Assembly (NCBI GenBank): GCA_964035545.1
Contig: OZ037770.1
Location: forward strand, 8,376,973-8,440,972
DNA length: 64,000 bases
From: Bugula neritina
Lineage: Eukaryota; Animalia; Bryozoa
Reading direction: 5' to 3'
Each line of letters opens with the position of its first letter. Within the stretch, counting starts at the first letter, position 1. The notes beneath the pieces were generated by a model. It was not told the origin of the DNA, did not search any database, and saw only the letters and a program-made list of their open reading frames with translations. The position numbers and the translations under genes are program-made. Positions 62,892 to 64,000 of this stretch are shown here, one piece after another.

Positions 62892-64000
62892 CTGTAAGTA
62901 CAACGTTAGCTATGTAAGCATAAAACTTTGAAACAAGATTATCAGTAAGAAAATTTTAAAATTAGAAGAGGTTAGGCTGATAAAATTTTAAAAATTTTCA
63001 AATTTTGTTTTAAAACTGCTTTTCTTGTTAAAAAGCACTAAACAATGTTTTTGTATCACAAGCTACCATGAGTTGCCAATACTAATACTACTCAAAGCTC
63101 AAGTCAAAAGCAGTCAAAAATGTTTTTGTATCTTGTAAGACTTTTACCTTGTTGCAAACTTCAACCGTATTACAAAATTATAATAATTATTAAAAGGCAT
63201 ATGACAAATGATCGTTGAATATTCATCTGCTTAAATAAATGCTAAACAACTTCTTAATGAAAAATAACCTAGTTTTTGCACAATGTTGAAGGCATGTAAT
63301 TCAAATCTAAATGTTATTTTCAAAAGTTGTGCTTCTTTATTTCTAAGTAACTAAGAGTTGTTTCTCCTTACATTCAGATAATTAAGAGTTGCTTCTCCTT
63401 ACACTCGGTTAACTAAGAGTTGTTTCTCCTTACATTTATGTAACTAAGAGTTATGTCTATTTAGTTTCGAATAACTATTCTATTAACTTGATAGAGCAGA
63501 GTTTTTATAATGATTTAATAAAATTGCTATAAATCCTAGTGCATCTATAATTAAATGTTGGCACTAAATAAGAGCAAACAAGTAAGCCTATATTATGCTT
63601 ATTTATGAGCCAAAATCTCATGAGATGATGTGGATCCATCAGTATAGGAGTTGTTAGCTAAAGTATATAAACACTGTATAATATACCTGCCAGTACATTG
63701 CTCATACAGCTACATTTATACTTATACGCTGTATATGTATTTATTATATTTCTTTACACAAACACGGTATGCTGCTTTAAGGGTTTCAGAGAGTCACATG
63801 ATTAAAGCAGACGACTCCCTGCTAAATTCATTAAAGTAAAACAAGATATGGCAGCTAAATCTTTATGTGCAATGCAGTGACTGCCTAAATGTTGTTCAGT
63901 AAACCACACTGAAGTTTATTATTTTTAACTTGTCACATGTAATGATGTAGCATTTTACAGCCTTGGTTATAGTCTTGTGAAACATAAGCATTAATATGAA

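Overview
AT-rich, intron-rich metazoan (invertebrate-type) genomic DNA with three spliced protein-coding genes. (1) A complete + strand R3-subfamily receptor protein tyrosine phosphatase (PTPRB/PTPRJ/Ptp10D-like), 25379-53398. It has 36 coding exon positions and encodes about 1965 aa by my manual splice reconstruction: signal peptide, Thr-rich stalk, about 13 FN3 domains (several recent tandem exon duplicates), CNGPL juxtamembrane domain, one TM helix, one PTP domain, YEN motif and a -TEL PDZ ligand. (2) The 5' part of a close paralog, head-to-head on the - strand (6995 to 102), running off the left edge. (3) The 3' part of a PH-domain/coiled-coil gene on the - strand (62891-54862), convergent with gene 1. 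The main discovery is a pair of duplicated, phase-matched, mutually exclusive exons (50758-50915 and 51449-51600), each encoding the WPD loop through VHC of the catalytic signature. They are flanked by RBFOX (TGCATG) and STAR/QKI-type (ACTAAC) motifs, suggesting a splicing-switchable phosphatase active site. The 18-kb spacer between the paralogs holds a 30-bp minisatellite, a hAT MITE with an 8-bp TSD, a decayed LINE, fold-back AT-rich DNA and another MITE. Introns carry tRNA-derived SINEs and many minisatellites. All exon boundaries were read by eye from GT/AG sites and reading-frame continuity; no transcript data or database searches were available.
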